Assembly (NCBI GenBank): GCA_903934135.1 | Contig: CAIZMQ010000114.1 | Location: 12-64,011, forward strand | Direction: 5' to 3' | DNA from: an uncultured Verrucomicrobiota bacterium | Lineage (GTDB): Bacteria; Verrucomicrobiota; Verrucomicrobiia; Chthoniobacterales; JACTMZ01 | DNA length: 64,000 nucleotides | Part shown: positions 8,010 through 17,433 of the stretch, one piece after another | Layout: each line of letters opens with the position of its first letter | Position numbering within the stretch: position 1 is the first letter of the stretch | Notes under the pieces: model-generated | The model's database searches: none | What the model was told of the DNA's origin: nothing | The model's input: the letters and a program-made list of their open reading frames with translations, nothing else | Made by a program: the position numbers and the translations under genes

Positions 8010-8747
8010 ATGACCGCTCAAAATCCACGCCCACCTTTTTTCGAAGAGCTGGATTTCCAGCATACGCCGATTGGTGATCTGGCCCTGCGGCGGCGACGGG
8101 TGGCGGCATTGGATGATGCCGAGGTCTACGAGGTCACGCTCGGCGGGGGTTTTCTCATGTCGAGTCTCTTCCATGCCGTGGAGGTCGCGCTGGCCGATTT
8201 GCCCTTGGCCGGGCGCGAGGGTCCGCTCGATGTGGTGGTGGGCGGGCTGGGCTTGGGTTACACCGCGCAAGCCGCCTTGCGCTATCCCGCAGTGCGTTCG
8301 CTGGCCGTGATTGAAGCGCTCGAACCGGTCATCGGTTGGCACCAACGCGGACTCGTGCCACTTGGAGCGGAGTTGTCCGGCGAGGCGCGATGCCGGCTTG
8401 TTCATGCCGATTTTTTTGCCTGTGCGGCGGATCCGGCGAGGGGGTTTGATCCGCAAGCACCGGGATCACGCTGGCATGCGATCTTGCTCGATATCGATCA
8501 TTCCCCGCGCAATCTGCTGGATAAAGGCAATGCGGCGTTCTACCGGACCGAAGGCTTGCAGTCTCTTGCCGCCCAATTGCATCCGGGTGGAATTTTCGCC
8601 ATGTGGTCGGATGATCCGGCGGATGAGGCATTCCTTGCCGCGTTGCGCGAAGTCTTCGGCAGTGCACGGGCCGAAACCGTGCGCTTCCCTAATCCGTTGC
8701 TGGAGTGCGAATCATCGAGCACGGTTTATCTCGCGGAGCTAAATTAG
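8010..8747 (+). CDS. Spermidine-synthase-like / class I methyltransferase-fold protein
   Basis: VVVGGLGLGYTA is a Gly-rich nucleotide-binding loop and ILLDIDHSP is an acidic motif, as in spermidine synthase-like proteins. Start at the ATG at 8010. Confidence 0.55.
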   Translation: MTAQNPRPPFFEELDFQHTPIGDLALRRRRVAALDDAEVYEVTLGGGFLMSSLFHAVEVALADLPLAGREGPLDVVVGGLGLGYTAQAALRYPAVRSLAVIEALEPVIGWHQRGLVPLGAELSGEARCRLVHADFFACAADPARGFDPQAPGSRWHAILLDIDHSPRNLLDKGNAAFYRTEGLQSLAAQLHPGGIFAMWSDDPADEAFLAALREVFGSARAETVRFPNPLLECESSSTVYLAELN

Positions 8748-8828
8748 ATTAACATGCCACTGCGCGTGAACCCTCGGCTTGGCTAGGGGAGCCTCAAACT
8801 CGTCACTCGTCACACGCCGCCCGTCACG

Positions 8829-8852
8829 GCGTTCCCGCTTCCTCGGGAACGC
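8829..8852. terminator. Perfect 9-bp hairpin at a convergent gene junction (no U-tract)
   Basis: GCGTTCCCG-cttcct-CGGGAACGC lies between the stop of the + strand gene (8747) and the helicase stop (8852-8854). Confidence 0.3.
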
Positions 8853-10891
8853 TAATACCACCAATCGCGGTCGCCGGATTTTTTGGCCGGCTTGGGCGTG
8901 GAGGTTCGGGGAGATTCGTCGGCGCCGGGTTTCTCCAGCAGGTGGGCGGGAATTTCGGCGATGAAGCGCGAGCGGCGTTGGAAAGGTTCGCCGTAACCGC
9001 CGCCGAGGCGGATTTGCGGGTAACAAAGATGCAGGTGGTCGCGTCCGCGCGTGATGGCAACGTAGAACAGACGCCGTTCTTCCTCGAGGGCGTCGGGTTT
9101 TTCCAGCGAGCGCGAGCCGGGGAACATGCCTTCGCTTAGCCAGATGACGAAGACCGCGCGCCATTCGAGGCCCTTGGCTTGGTGGACGGAGGAAAGCACA
9201 ACACGGTCGGTCTCGGTGTCCCGGCGCGATCCGGCGCCGTCGACATTGGTCAGCAGGGCGAGCTGCGCGAGGAATTCGTCGGTCGAGGTAAATTGCCGCG
9301 AGTATCCGGCAAGGGTGCGCAGGTCCTCGCGGCGGTTTTCGAAATTGGCGAACTCCGCCTTCATGTAATCCTCGTAGAAGGCCTCCATGATGGACTCAAT
9401 GGCGCGATCGGGCGCAACGGGCTTCCGTTCCGGCGCGATCTCGTCAAGCGTGGCAGCCAACTGCTCCCAGATTTTCGCGGCCCGCACCGGCGGCTTGGCC
9501 ATGCGGAGAACTTCGCCGAAGGGCGCGGCCGATTCGACCCCGGCCCGGACCACCGACCACAAGGTGTCGGCCGTTTTCTCCCCCACCCCGGGCAGCAAAC
9601 GGACCATGCGGCGGAAGGCGGTCTCGTCGGACGGATTAACCGCGAATTTCAAAAAGGCGGCGACGTCTTTGACGTGCGCCTGCTCGAAGAAGCGCAGCCC
9701 GCTGGTCACTTCGAAGGGAATGCCGCGTCGGGTCAGCTCGAGCTGAATTTCCATCGAATGAAAATGCGCGCGGTAAAGCACGGCCATCTCACGGAACTCG
9801 AGGCCCTGCCGGTTGAGTTCGAGGATCTGCTGCGCAATGTAAGCGGCTTGGTCGTTGTTGGTCGGCAATTCGGCGAGCACGGGGCGCCCGCCCGCCTTGC
9901 GCCAGGCGACAAGGTTTTTTTCGAATTGCCGCAGGTTGCCGCGGATGGCGGCATTGGCCACTTCGAGAATCCCGGGGACACTGCGGTAATTTGTCTCGAT
10001 CCGGTAAGTCTGCGCCCCGGCGTAGCGTTTGGGGAAATTGAGGATATTTTCGAAATTGGCGCCACGCCACGAGTAGATCGATTGCGCGTCGTCGCCGACC
10101 ACCATGACATTGCCGTGTTTCGAACCGAGGAGATCGACCAGATCGGCCTGCACGAGGTTGGTGTCCTGATATTCGTCGACCAGCACATGGCGAAATTGGT
10201 GGCGGTAATGCTCGCCGACCTCGGGGTGCTCGCGCAGGAGCTGGTTGGTGCGGATGAGGAGGTCGTCGAAATCCATCGCATTGGCCGCAACTTTGCGCCG
10301 TTCGTAGGCGGCGCGGACGGACGCAATAGTCTCGGCCATGCCGTCGAAGTAGCCGAAGCGGTCGTGCACAACTTGCTCGAGCGGTTCGCCGGTATTCGAG
10401 GAGAGGGAGAACAACTCGGCGAGCACGTCCGGCTTGGGGAACCGTTTGTCGCGCGGCAGGCCGGCATCGTTGGCCACACTCTTGAGCAAATCGGATTGGT
10501 CCTCGCGGTCGAGAATGCTGAAGCCGGGACGGAAGCCGATCGTTTCGGCATGGCGGCGGAGGATGCGGTTGCCGATCGAGTGGAAGGTGCCGCCCCAGAT
10601 GCCGTCGGCATCCGGACCGAGCAATTCGGTGACCCGGCCGGTCATTTCCCGCGCGGCTTTGTTGGTAAAAGTGAGGAGGAGGATTTCCCAGGGCTTGATC
10701 CCGTTCTCGAGCAGCCAGGCCACACGGTAGATGAGGGTGCGGGTCTTGCCGCTGCCCGCCCCGGCAATGACGAGGGCGCCGCCGCCCGGGGAGGTCACGG
10801 CGGAGAGTTGTTGCTCGTTCAACTCGGCCACATAGTCGATACGGGTGCCGGGGGACGGCGCGACGAGGCCGTTCAAAGTCGCAGCCCCCAT
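8852..10891 (-). CDS. ATP-dependent DNA helicase, UvrD/PcrA/Rep family
   Basis: IAGAGSGKTRTL (Walker A), VLVDEYQDTN (motif II) and VHQAKGLEW. Start at the ATG at 10891 (MGAATLNG...). Confidence 0.9.
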   Translation of the reverse strand: MGAATLNGLVAPSPGTRIDYVAELNEQQLSAVTSPGGGALVIAGAGSGKTRTLIYRVAWLLENGIKPWEILLLTFTNKAAREMTGRVTELLGPDADGIWGGTFHSIGNRILRRHAETIGFRPGFSILDREDQSDLLKSVANDAGLPRDKRFPKPDVLAELFSLSSNTGEPLEQVVHDRFGYFDGMAETIASVRAAYERRKVAANAMDFDDLLIRTNQLLREHPEVGEHYRHQFRHVLVDEYQDTNLVQADLVDLLGSKHGNVMVVGDDAQSIYSWRGANFENILNFPKRYAGAQTYRIETNYRSVPGILEVANAAIRGNLRQFEKNLVAWRKAGGRPVLAELPTNNDQAAYIAQQILELNRQGLEFREMAVLYRAHFHSMEIQLELTRRGIPFEVTSGLRFFEQAHVKDVAAFLKFAVNPSDETAFRRMVRLLPGVGEKTADTLWSVVRAGVESAAPFGEVLRMAKPPVRAAKIWEQLAATLDEIAPERKPVAPDRAIESIMEAFYEDYMKAEFANFENRREDLRTLAGYSRQFTSTDEFLAQLALLTNVDGAGSRRDTETDRVVLSSVHQAKGLEWRAVFVIWLSEGMFPGSRSLEKPDALEEERRLFYVAITRGRDHLHLCYPQIRLGGGYGEPFQRRSRFIAEIPAHLLEKPGADESPRTSTPKPAKKSGDRDWWY

Positions 10892-11667
10892 TCCAACAAC
10901 CGCTTGGAATCGGCGTAGACATTGGCTTTGTTGCTGCCGAGGATGACGGCAATGATATCGCGACCGTTGTTTTGTCCGCTCGAGACGAGGCAATGCCCGG
11001 CGGCATTGGTATACCCGGTTTTCATCCCGTTGCACCAGGGAGCCTGGTGGAGGATGCGGTTGGTGTTGACCAGCTGGCGCACGCGACCGTCGGAGTAATG
11101 GAATTCGGCCCGCGGGGTGGCCACGAATTTACGGATGACCGGGTTCGCGTAGGCGTTGCGGGCAATGATCGCGATGTCGCGCGCGGTGGAGAATTGTCCT
11201 TCGGCCGGCAGGCCATTGGGGTTCATGAAGCGCGAAGTGCGCGCCCCCATGGCGCGGGCCCGGCGGTTCATCTTCGCCACGAATTCATCCGTGCTGCCGG
11301 CATTGTCGCGGGCCAAGGCGAGGGCGACATCATTGGGGCTTTTGATCAACAGGGCCTGGAGCAATTCGTAGCGCGAATAAGTCTGGCCGGCCTTGAGGTA
11401 AAGTTTGGTCGGCGCGGCGGCGGTATCCTCGGGCTTGATCGTGACCGTGTCCTCTAGGTTGCCCTCCTCGGCGATGATCAAGGCGGTGAGGAGTTTTTGC
11501 GTGCTGGCCACGGCGCGGGGCTCGCGCGAATTGCGGTGGCCGAGGACGCGGCCGGTTTGGACATCGACCACGATGAAGGCTTTGCCATGCACTGCCGGCG
11601 GGGTGGCCGCGGCGTGGATCGTCTGGCCGCAAAGGCAGGAGATGGCACAGGCAAGAAGGAGACGCAT
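10873..11667 (-). CDS. D-alanyl-D-alanine carboxypeptidase (PBP5/S11-type)
   Basis: Signal peptide MRLLLACAISCLCGQTIHA. Catalytic motifs are ASTQK (SxxK), SPN (SxN) and KTGYT (KTG). Confidence 0.85.
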   Translation of the reverse strand: MRLLLACAISCLCGQTIHAAATPPAVHGKAFIVVDVQTGRVLGHRNSREPRAVASTQKLLTALIIAEEGNLEDTVTIKPEDTAAAPTKLYLKAGQTYSRYELLQALLIKSPNDVALALARDNAGSTDEFVAKMNRRARAMGARTSRFMNPNGLPAEGQFSTARDIAIIARNAYANPVIRKFVATPRAEFHYSDGRVRQLVNTNRILHQAPWCNGMKTGYTNAAGHCLVSSGQNNGRDIIAVILGSNKANVYADSKRLLEWGLRL

Positions 11668-11737
11668 GGGAGCGCACACCATGCCCCTTTTCCTCGGGCA
11701 AATCAACCGGCGGCCTTCGCGGAGCGGAGGACGAGGC

Positions 11738-12478
11738 TCACTTCAGGGCTTTTTCGATGAGCCGATCCGGAGCGGCACCCAGTTCGAGGGCTTTCTGATA
11801 ATGGCGGCGCGCCAGTTCCACGGCCGGCGGGTCGCGCTCAAGACAGAAAACGGCAAGGTTGAAATGCGCATCGGCGTAGTCCGGTTGCAATTCGACAGAG
11901 CGACGCAATTCGGATTCCGCGGCATCAAACCAGCGGTTGCGGCCCGCGGCCACCCCGAGGTAGTTGCGCGCCACGGCGTCATTGGGGTCCTGCGCCACGG
12001 CTTGCGCGATCGCCGCGAGAGAGTGCATTGGCTCATCGCGCTCCAGATAGATGATGCCGAGGTTGAGCCAGGCTGTCGCGTTATCGGGCTGGATCTGCAG
12101 CGAACGGCGCAGCAGACGTTCCCCTTCCTTGCTGTTGCCCAACCGGTATTCGGTCGAACCAAGATTGACCAGGGCGGGCAGGTTGTCGGGTTCGATTTTG
12201 AGCACGCGAAGGTAGGCCTCGCGCGAGCCCTTAAAATTACCGGAGCGGAACGCTTCGATGCCTTCGGCACCAATTTTTTCCGCGATCGTGGTCTGCACGG
12301 GAGGTTTTGCCTCGCGGGGAATGGTGACCGGCACGAGCGCGGGGGCCGCTGCAGTGACCATTGCGCCACCCGGCCCACGAGCAGGCGGGCGGGCGGCCTC
12401 CGCGTTCTCCCCGGCGGAGGACAAGGTGGCCAGCGAGAGCGCAAACGCGGCAACGAGGACGTATTCAGTCTTCCGCAT
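11738..12478 (-). CDS. Secreted TPR-repeat protein
   Basis: Signal peptide MRKTEYVLVAAFALSLATLSSA. There are several TPR-like units (AYLRVLKIEPDNLPALVNLG, SLQIQPDNATAWLNLG, SVELQPDYADAHFNLA). Confidence 0.75.
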   Translation of the reverse strand: MRKTEYVLVAAFALSLATLSSAGENAEAARPPARGPGGAMVTAAAPALVPVTIPREAKPPVQTTIAEKIGAEGIEAFRSGNFKGSREAYLRVLKIEPDNLPALVNLGSTEYRLGNSKEGERLLRRSLQIQPDNATAWLNLGIIYLERDEPMHSLAAIAQAVAQDPNDAVARNYLGVAAGRNRWFDAAESELRRSVELQPDYADAHFNLAVFCLERDPPAVELARRHYQKALELGAAPDRLIEKALK

Positions 12479-13277
12479 CGCCACCGCCCAATTCCCGCGC
12501 ACGAAGGGTGGCCGCGCACACCGCGTCCATCACCGCGGCACGCACACCACCTCGCTCCAACTCGGCCAGACCGGCGATGGTGGTCCCGCCGGGGCTGGTC
12601 ACCATCTCGCGCAAGAGGGCCGGATGCATCATGGTCTCCGCGGCCATGCCGGCGGCGCCGGCCACGGTTTGTACGGCCAAATTGGTGGCGAGGTCGCGAG
12701 GCAAGCCCATCTGCACCCCGCCGTCGGAAAGGGCCTCGATAAAAAGATAAACGTAAGCCGGTCCGCTCCCGCTCAACCCGGTGACGGCATCGAGCAGGGG
12801 CTCCTTGACCCGGAAGGCGCGGCCGACCGAAGTGAAAATTTCTTCCACCGCGGCAACATCTTGGTCCGTCACCTCGGCGCCCGTGGCATAAGCGGAGGCG
12901 CCCTTCTGCACGAGGGCGGCAGTGTTGGGCATGACGCGCACCACGCGGCACCCCGGCCCCGCTGCCTCCTGCAACGAATCAATGGTAACGCCGGCCACGA
13001 TGGAGACAAGCAGCTTGCCCGTCAAATCCGCCGAGGCTGCGGCCAAGGCAGGCAGCGCATCCTCGGGTTTGACACACAAGAGGACGACATCGGAAGCCGC
13101 TGCGACATCGTGATTATTACGGGCCACGCGAATGCCGCTTTCCGTGCCGAGAACTTCAGCCGGCTCGGAGAGCTTGTCGTGCACGACGACTTCCGGGGGC
13201 TCGCATACTTTGGCCGCCAAAACGCCTTGAATGAGAGCAGAGGCCATTTTTCCGCAACCGATAAATCCGATTTTCAT
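12465..13277 (-). CDS. proC: Pyrroline-5-carboxylate reductase
   Basis: MKIGFIGCGKMASAL is the dinucleotide fold, followed by LSGSGPAYVYLFIEAL and SPGGTTIAGL. Only the 3' 813 nt of the 471-aa track ORF is used. Confidence 0.9.
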   Translation of the reverse strand: MKIGFIGCGKMASALIQGVLAAKVCEPPEVVVHDKLSEPAEVLGTESGIRVARNNHDVAAASDVVLLCVKPEDALPALAAASADLTGKLLVSIVAGVTIDSLQEAAGPGCRVVRVMPNTAALVQKGASAYATGAEVTDQDVAAVEEIFTSVGRAFRVKEPLLDAVTGLSGSGPAYVYLFIEALSDGGVQMGLPRDLATNLAVQTVAGAAGMAAETMMHPALLREMVTSPGGTTIAGLAELERGGVRAAVMDAVCAATLRARELGGGDAED

Positions 13278-13355
13278 AAAAATGAGCGTAGGAGAGCCCA
13301 ACGCCCGGGCAAGCGGAAAGCGCACGCGCCAACGCGGCCCGGCTGGCCCCGCGGC

Positions 13356-14264
13356 GTGGAATCGTCTAAGTTTGCCGATGACTTGCATCCCTACCTCCTC
13401 CTGCCCCTGGCCGCGGCCGTGCTGTACGCCGCGGCCGCGCTCTGCCTGAAAATCGCCCTCGGGCGTGGCGTGACCACCTGGTCGGTCCTGTTTTTCAGCA
13501 ACCTCGTCCTTGGCCTCTTTTTTGCCCCTCTGCTTCTGGCCGGTCCATCCGGATGGAATGCCGGCGCTGCCGTCTGGGCCCTCGCTTCGGGGGTACTCTT
13601 TTTTCTCGGGCAGGTCGGGACCTTCCGATCGCTGCAGAGCGGCGATGTTTCCGTGGCGACGCCGGCCCTCGCGACCAAGGTGGTCTTTGTCGCGCTGCTC
13701 AGTCTCCTTGTTCCCGGCAACCGGCCAGATCCCGACCTTTGGCTGGCGGTGATCCTGACCATGGCCGGTGTGATTCTGCTGCACCGCGGGCCGAAGATAA
13801 GCACCTCGCGTCCCCTCATCACGTTGGCCTGGGCGCTGTTTGCCGCGCTGAGTTTCGCCGCGGCCGACATCATAGTGCAAGTCGGCGCGCCGGTGGCCGG
13901 CTTCACGCTCTTCATGCCCGTGATGTTCGGCACGGTGGCCTTGCTTTCGCTACCCTTATTGTGGCCACACATTCTCAGCCCACCGCAGCGCACGGTCGCA
14001 CCGGGTGCGCGCCGTTGGTTGGTCGTCGGCGTGCTTCTGCTCGGATTGCAGGCCACAGGCATGGCCTCAGCCATCGGACTCTTCGGCGATGCGACGGCGG
14101 CCAATGTCGTCTACGGGTCGCGCGGCTTGTGGAGCTTGCTGCTCCTCGCCATAGTTGCCCGGCGTTTGGGTATCGCGGATGCGGTGTTCGACCGTGGCAC
14201 GCTTGCCCTGCGGGCCGTCGGATGCGTGCTCATCCTCGGAGCGGTGGCCTTGGTCTTATTCTGA
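13356..14264 (+). CDS. EamA/DMT-family transporter
   Basis: About 10 hydrophobic segments in two halves, typical of DMT permeases. Only the 3' third of the 668-aa track ORF is used. The start is uncertain (GTG at 13356 or TTG at 13383). Confidence 0.65.
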   Translation: MESSKFADDLHPYLLLPLAAAVLYAAAALCLKIALGRGVTTWSVLFFSNLVLGLFFAPLLLAGPSGWNAGAAVWALASGVLFFLGQVGTFRSLQSGDVSVATPALATKVVFVALLSLLVPGNRPDPDLWLAVILTMAGVILLHRGPKISTSRPLITLAWALFAALSFAAADIIVQVGAPVAGFTLFMPVMFGTVALLSLPLLWPHILSPPQRTVAPGARRWLVVGVLLLGLQATGMASAIGLFGDATAANVVYGSRGLWSLLLLAIVARRLGIADAVFDRGTLALRAVGCVLILGAVALVLF

Positions 14265-15146
14265 AGCTACGCGGGCCACCCGTCCGACGGCCGAAGCCGA
14301 CCACCAGACCGGCCACGCACGCCGCATCCAGCGACGGACTTCGCCCCGCGGCACCTTGGCCGGGGTGATCGAGGGATCGGGTGTCGTGTCGACAAGGGAC
14401 AGCGTGCGCCAACCAAGGAGAGCGGGAAGCAACGTGGCATAGCGCAATCGCCCCGACCGCAGGGACGCGCAATAGGCTGCGCCCTCGCCGAGCCCCTTCC
14501 GTGCGCGGACCCCGGCCAGCGCCACGAGACCAGCAGGCAAATAAATGCGGCCGAGAATTTCATCCATGCGACGGTCGCGGAGGATGTTGACCAATTGCAA
14601 AGCCTGCCCGTACTGGCGCGCGCGCGCCCGCATGAGGTCCGGCGCGGCGGAAGAATATCCGGGCAATTTGAGCCGGCAGAGACTGTCCCAGAATTCGCCG
14701 ACACTCCCGGCGACCAGGTAAACGTAGCGCATCAGCTCGTCGTCGTTCAGTGACGGGGCACCCGGTCCGAACCGTTGCAAATCGAAAATTTGTCCCTCGA
14801 GAATGTGATCCATCACCTGACTAATAAGGACACGGACCGGTTCGGGGCGACCGGATAAAAGGAACGACAAGCGCGGGAGGGCGCGGAGCAGTTCCCGTTG
14901 CGCGGGATCATGTTGCGGAGTGCTCCAAGGAACTGCACGGCACACACCGCTTGGCCAGGAGCTGCGCGCGGCTTGCAACCATTCGGTCCGCGCAGCCAGA
15001 GGCGCCGTGCCGGTATCGGCAATGGTGTCGGTCGCCCGGGCCAAGAGGTAAGCCAGGGAAATGTCAGCGCGCACCGCCCGCGGCAGAAGACGGATGGTCA
15101 GGTAGAACGAGCGCGAAGTGCGGCGGAGGATTTCCTTCTCGTTCAT
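14256..15146 (-). CDS. Squalene/phytoene synthase family enzyme (squalene-synthase-like)
   Basis: RRTSRSFYLTIRLLP resembles the SQS N-terminal motif. Both Asp-rich motifs are present (ATDTIAD and NILRDRRMDEILGRIYLP). Confidence 0.75.
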   Translation of the reverse strand: MNEKEILRRTSRSFYLTIRLLPRAVRADISLAYLLARATDTIADTGTAPLAARTEWLQAARSSWPSGVCRAVPWSTPQHDPAQRELLRALPRLSFLLSGRPEPVRVLISQVMDHILEGQIFDLQRFGPGAPSLNDDELMRYVYLVAGSVGEFWDSLCRLKLPGYSSAAPDLMRARARQYGQALQLVNILRDRRMDEILGRIYLPAGLVALAGVRARKGLGEGAAYCASLRSGRLRYATLLPALLGWRTLSLVDTTPDPSITPAKVPRGEVRRWMRRAWPVWWSASAVGRVARVASE

Positions 15147-16180
15147 AAGCGCGGACCGACGCGGAGCAAGCGGATCCGTTCGCGGGCGGCCGTGCCGAGG
15201 CCGAGCACCTCGGCGGAGGTTATCCAATGAATGTCCTTGGCCAGCGGCGGCAATCCGCCTTTGCCCCGGAAACGATCGAGCAACTCGAGGCCCAGCGCAT
15301 CGAGGGCCACCGGATCGCTCGACGCGTAGATCCCGCCGTACTGCGCCGTATATTGGGGTCCTGGAAAAGGGCCGCCCCCGTACTGCGGGCGCAGGGCATC
15401 GAGGATAGTCAGCACGACTTTTCCCCCGATCCGCTCATCGGCATAAATTTCGGGCAGGAATGGATCCCCGAAGTGGGGAGGACGGGCCAAGCGGCGCCAA
15501 TTGTCGAGATTGTCCAAGACCATTCCGGATAGCGCGCCGTTCACCCCGGAAGACAAATGGTCGGTCAAGGCCGGCAAATGAACAACCTTGTCGACCGTGC
15601 CAAGCACCACGGAAAGATGGCTCTTGCTCGCGGTCTGGCTGGCGGAGGGTGAGGGGTCGAAATCGCGGTCGCCGATGATCAGCTTGCCCATGACCGCGGC
15701 CGTGACCGTCTGCTTGGGGTCGTAACCGCCCACGCGGTCGGTCGCGACGACGGTGAACCGTTGCCCCAGAGTGCCGTAGCCCGCGCGTTTGATGTCATCC
15801 CACTCGCGGTCCCAGATCATGATACGCGAGGGCGCGACTCCCGCCGCGACCAGTCCCTCGGCCACCGCGGCAACCACCGCCGGATGGGTCGAAGAAACCG
15901 GGGCGCCGGAAGCGGACACTTTGAGTCCAACGCGGTCCTTCGGCCGCACAAAAACACGCCAGGCGTCGCCGATATTGTCACGTCCGGCGGCTGCCATCAC
16001 CAAGCTGTCGATCATGCTGCGCACGGCTGAGGCCTCGAATTTTCCGCCCCGGATCTCCCGCGGGTATTCGGCGAGAAAAACCGTACTCATGGGCGGCAAC
16101 GGCGTCGGCAGGACCACTTCCTCCCCGCGGATTGGCGTGGCGGCGGCCAGCAAAGAGACTATGAGGAAAAGAAATTTCAC
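15143..16180 (-). CDS. Secreted DUF362-like protein
   Basis: GTG start at 16180 overlaps the upstream stop (GTGA). Signal peptide VKFLFLIVSLLAAATP. RVGLKVSASG...STHPAVVAAVAEGLVAAGV and LPALTDHLSSGVNGALSG resemble the DUF362 pattern (recalled from memory). Confidence 0.55.
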   Translation of the reverse strand: MKFLFLIVSLLAAATPIRGEEVVLPTPLPPMSTVFLAEYPREIRGGKFEASAVRSMIDSLVMAAAGRDNIGDAWRVFVRPKDRVGLKVSASGAPVSSTHPAVVAAVAEGLVAAGVAPSRIMIWDREWDDIKRAGYGTLGQRFTVVATDRVGGYDPKQTVTAAVMGKLIIGDRDFDPSPSASQTASKSHLSVVLGTVDKVVHLPALTDHLSSGVNGALSGMVLDNLDNWRRLARPPHFGDPFLPEIYADERIGGKVVLTILDALRPQYGGGPFPGPQYTAQYGGIYASSDPVALDALGLELLDRFRGKGGLPPLAKDIHWITSAEVLGLGTAARERIRLLRVGPRL

Positions 16181-17433
16181 CAGGCGACGACAGCCATTGA
16201 CCCTTGCGAAATGGCGGCAGCTTCTTCTTCGGTTATCCAACGTTCCTCGTAACCCGGGCCCCACGAGTCGGAGAGTGCGATTTCTCCGGTTTCCGCATTG
16301 AAACCCGTGACCAGGCAGACATGGCCTTCCCCCGCGCCGCGGGCCAGTTGACGGGCCGCGCGGCGCGCCCCCCGCAACGATTCCTTCCACTGCACCCAAT
16401 CGTCGACCTCGGCCCGCTCGCGCGTGCGCCGGTTGATCAAGTCGTCAACCGAGGAGGAGGTGTCGATGGCCCACAAAACTGGAATGCCAGATTCGATCCA
16501 GGAAGCAACCGTGGGGCCGGCCGGCCGGCCGGAAACCGTGACCACGCGCCGTCCGTGCCGCTGCGCGGTCTGGCGGACGGCCGCCACCGCGTCGGCCACC
16601 GATGTTCCTCCGCCCGGCCCGGTATTCGCCGCCATGGCGAGCAGATACATATCCGACGGAATACCGAGATGACGGAGCATCCGTTCCATGGTGGCCGGAA
16701 CACAAAAGCCCTTCGGTCCCTGGTCGACCATCGGAATATCGCGTATAACAACATCTCCGTTCGGGCGGCGCTCGACGCGTTCGGCCAGACGGGCCCGCAA
16801 TTCTTGGTCTGTCACGCGGTCCGCACGCGGGCGATCACCCGCCTCTTCCATCGGCACAACACGCAGGGCGACGTATTCGTTGCGCACGGAAACCAGTTGC
16901 AGGGCATGGCCATTCCAGTCGCGCCGGTAACTGCGTTCCTGCATTTTTCCGCCTGCCCCGGTTTTCTCCGCCGTGGCCGGACCAAGCAGGTCGCCGAGCA
17001 CCGCATCGAGCGCTTCGTTATCAGCCGTGATGGCCTTGCCGTAATCGCGGAGGACCTGCGCGGCCGGACGGGGACGTTCACCCGGACCGGTGCGGACAAA
17101 CTGGCCGACCGAATCCCCTTTGTTGGCAAAAATGATATTGAGGGCCACGGGCTTGCCGTCCCGTGCAGAGAGTGACACCGAGTGTGGACGACGACCGAAA
17201 AGGCGCGCCTCCGCCGGGGGATAAAGCCGGTAACTCGCATCGCCGGGGGCGCGCGATTCTGCCGGCAGACCAAGACGCCCCGCCACAACATCGGCTTGTT
17301 CGTCCCAGAGCGTGCCTTCCGCCGGAAAAAGAGGCACTCCGGCCGCCATGTTGATCCGGGCGGCGGCCGGCGGTTCGGCCTGCACCGGCAGGAGGCCGGC
17401 CAGCAGCGCGAAGAACAGGGCGGTGCATCTCAT
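16177..17433 (-). CDS. Secreted papain-fold (C39-like) cysteine-peptidase-like protein
   Basis: Signal peptide MRCTALFFALLAGLLPVQA. Candidate catalytic Cys in QGPKGFCVPATMERML and His in EGHVCLVTGFN. Domain assignment is tentative. Confidence 0.5.
   Translation of the reverse strand: MRCTALFFALLAGLLPVQAEPPAAARINMAAGVPLFPAEGTLWDEQADVVAGRLGLPAESRAPGDASYRLYPPAEARLFGRRPHSVSLSARDGKPVALNIIFANKGDSVGQFVRTGPGERPRPAAQVLRDYGKAITADNEALDAVLGDLLGPATAEKTGAGGKMQERSYRRDWNGHALQLVSVRNEYVALRVVPMEEAGDRPRADRVTDQELRARLAERVERRPNGDVVIRDIPMVDQGPKGFCVPATMERMLRHLGIPSDMYLLAMAANTGPGGGTSVADAVAAVRQTAQRHGRRVVTVSGRPAGPTVASWIESGIPVLWAIDTSSSVDDLINRRTRERAEVDDWVQWKESLRGARRAARQLARGAGEGHVCLVTGFNAETGEIALSDSWGPGYEERWITEEEAAAISQGSMAVVAW

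Noticed and set aside
7706-8011. 102-codon N-terminal extension of prfC in the track ORF. Comparable long upstream extensions occur on the UvrD-family helicase, proC, the EamA-family transporter gene (13356-14264), ctaB, ctaC, ccoO, actA, actF, cysH, pdxA, mfd and others.
   Set aside because: The conserved N-termini begin at internal ATG/GTG codons, often overlapping the upstream stop as ATGA or GTGA. The extensions are Arg/Pro-rich, overlap neighbouring genes or intergenic DNA, and several begin at non-ATG codons.
9179-10918. 579-aa plus-strand ORF. Similar antisense ORFs occur at 17925-19664, 20126-21742, 23799-24887, 24984-25976 and 26704-28347.
   Set aside because: Each overlaps a motif-supported gene on the opposite strand (helicase, HD protein/cbpA, serS/tilS, response regulator, purA, NtrC-like). 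None has a recognisable domain.
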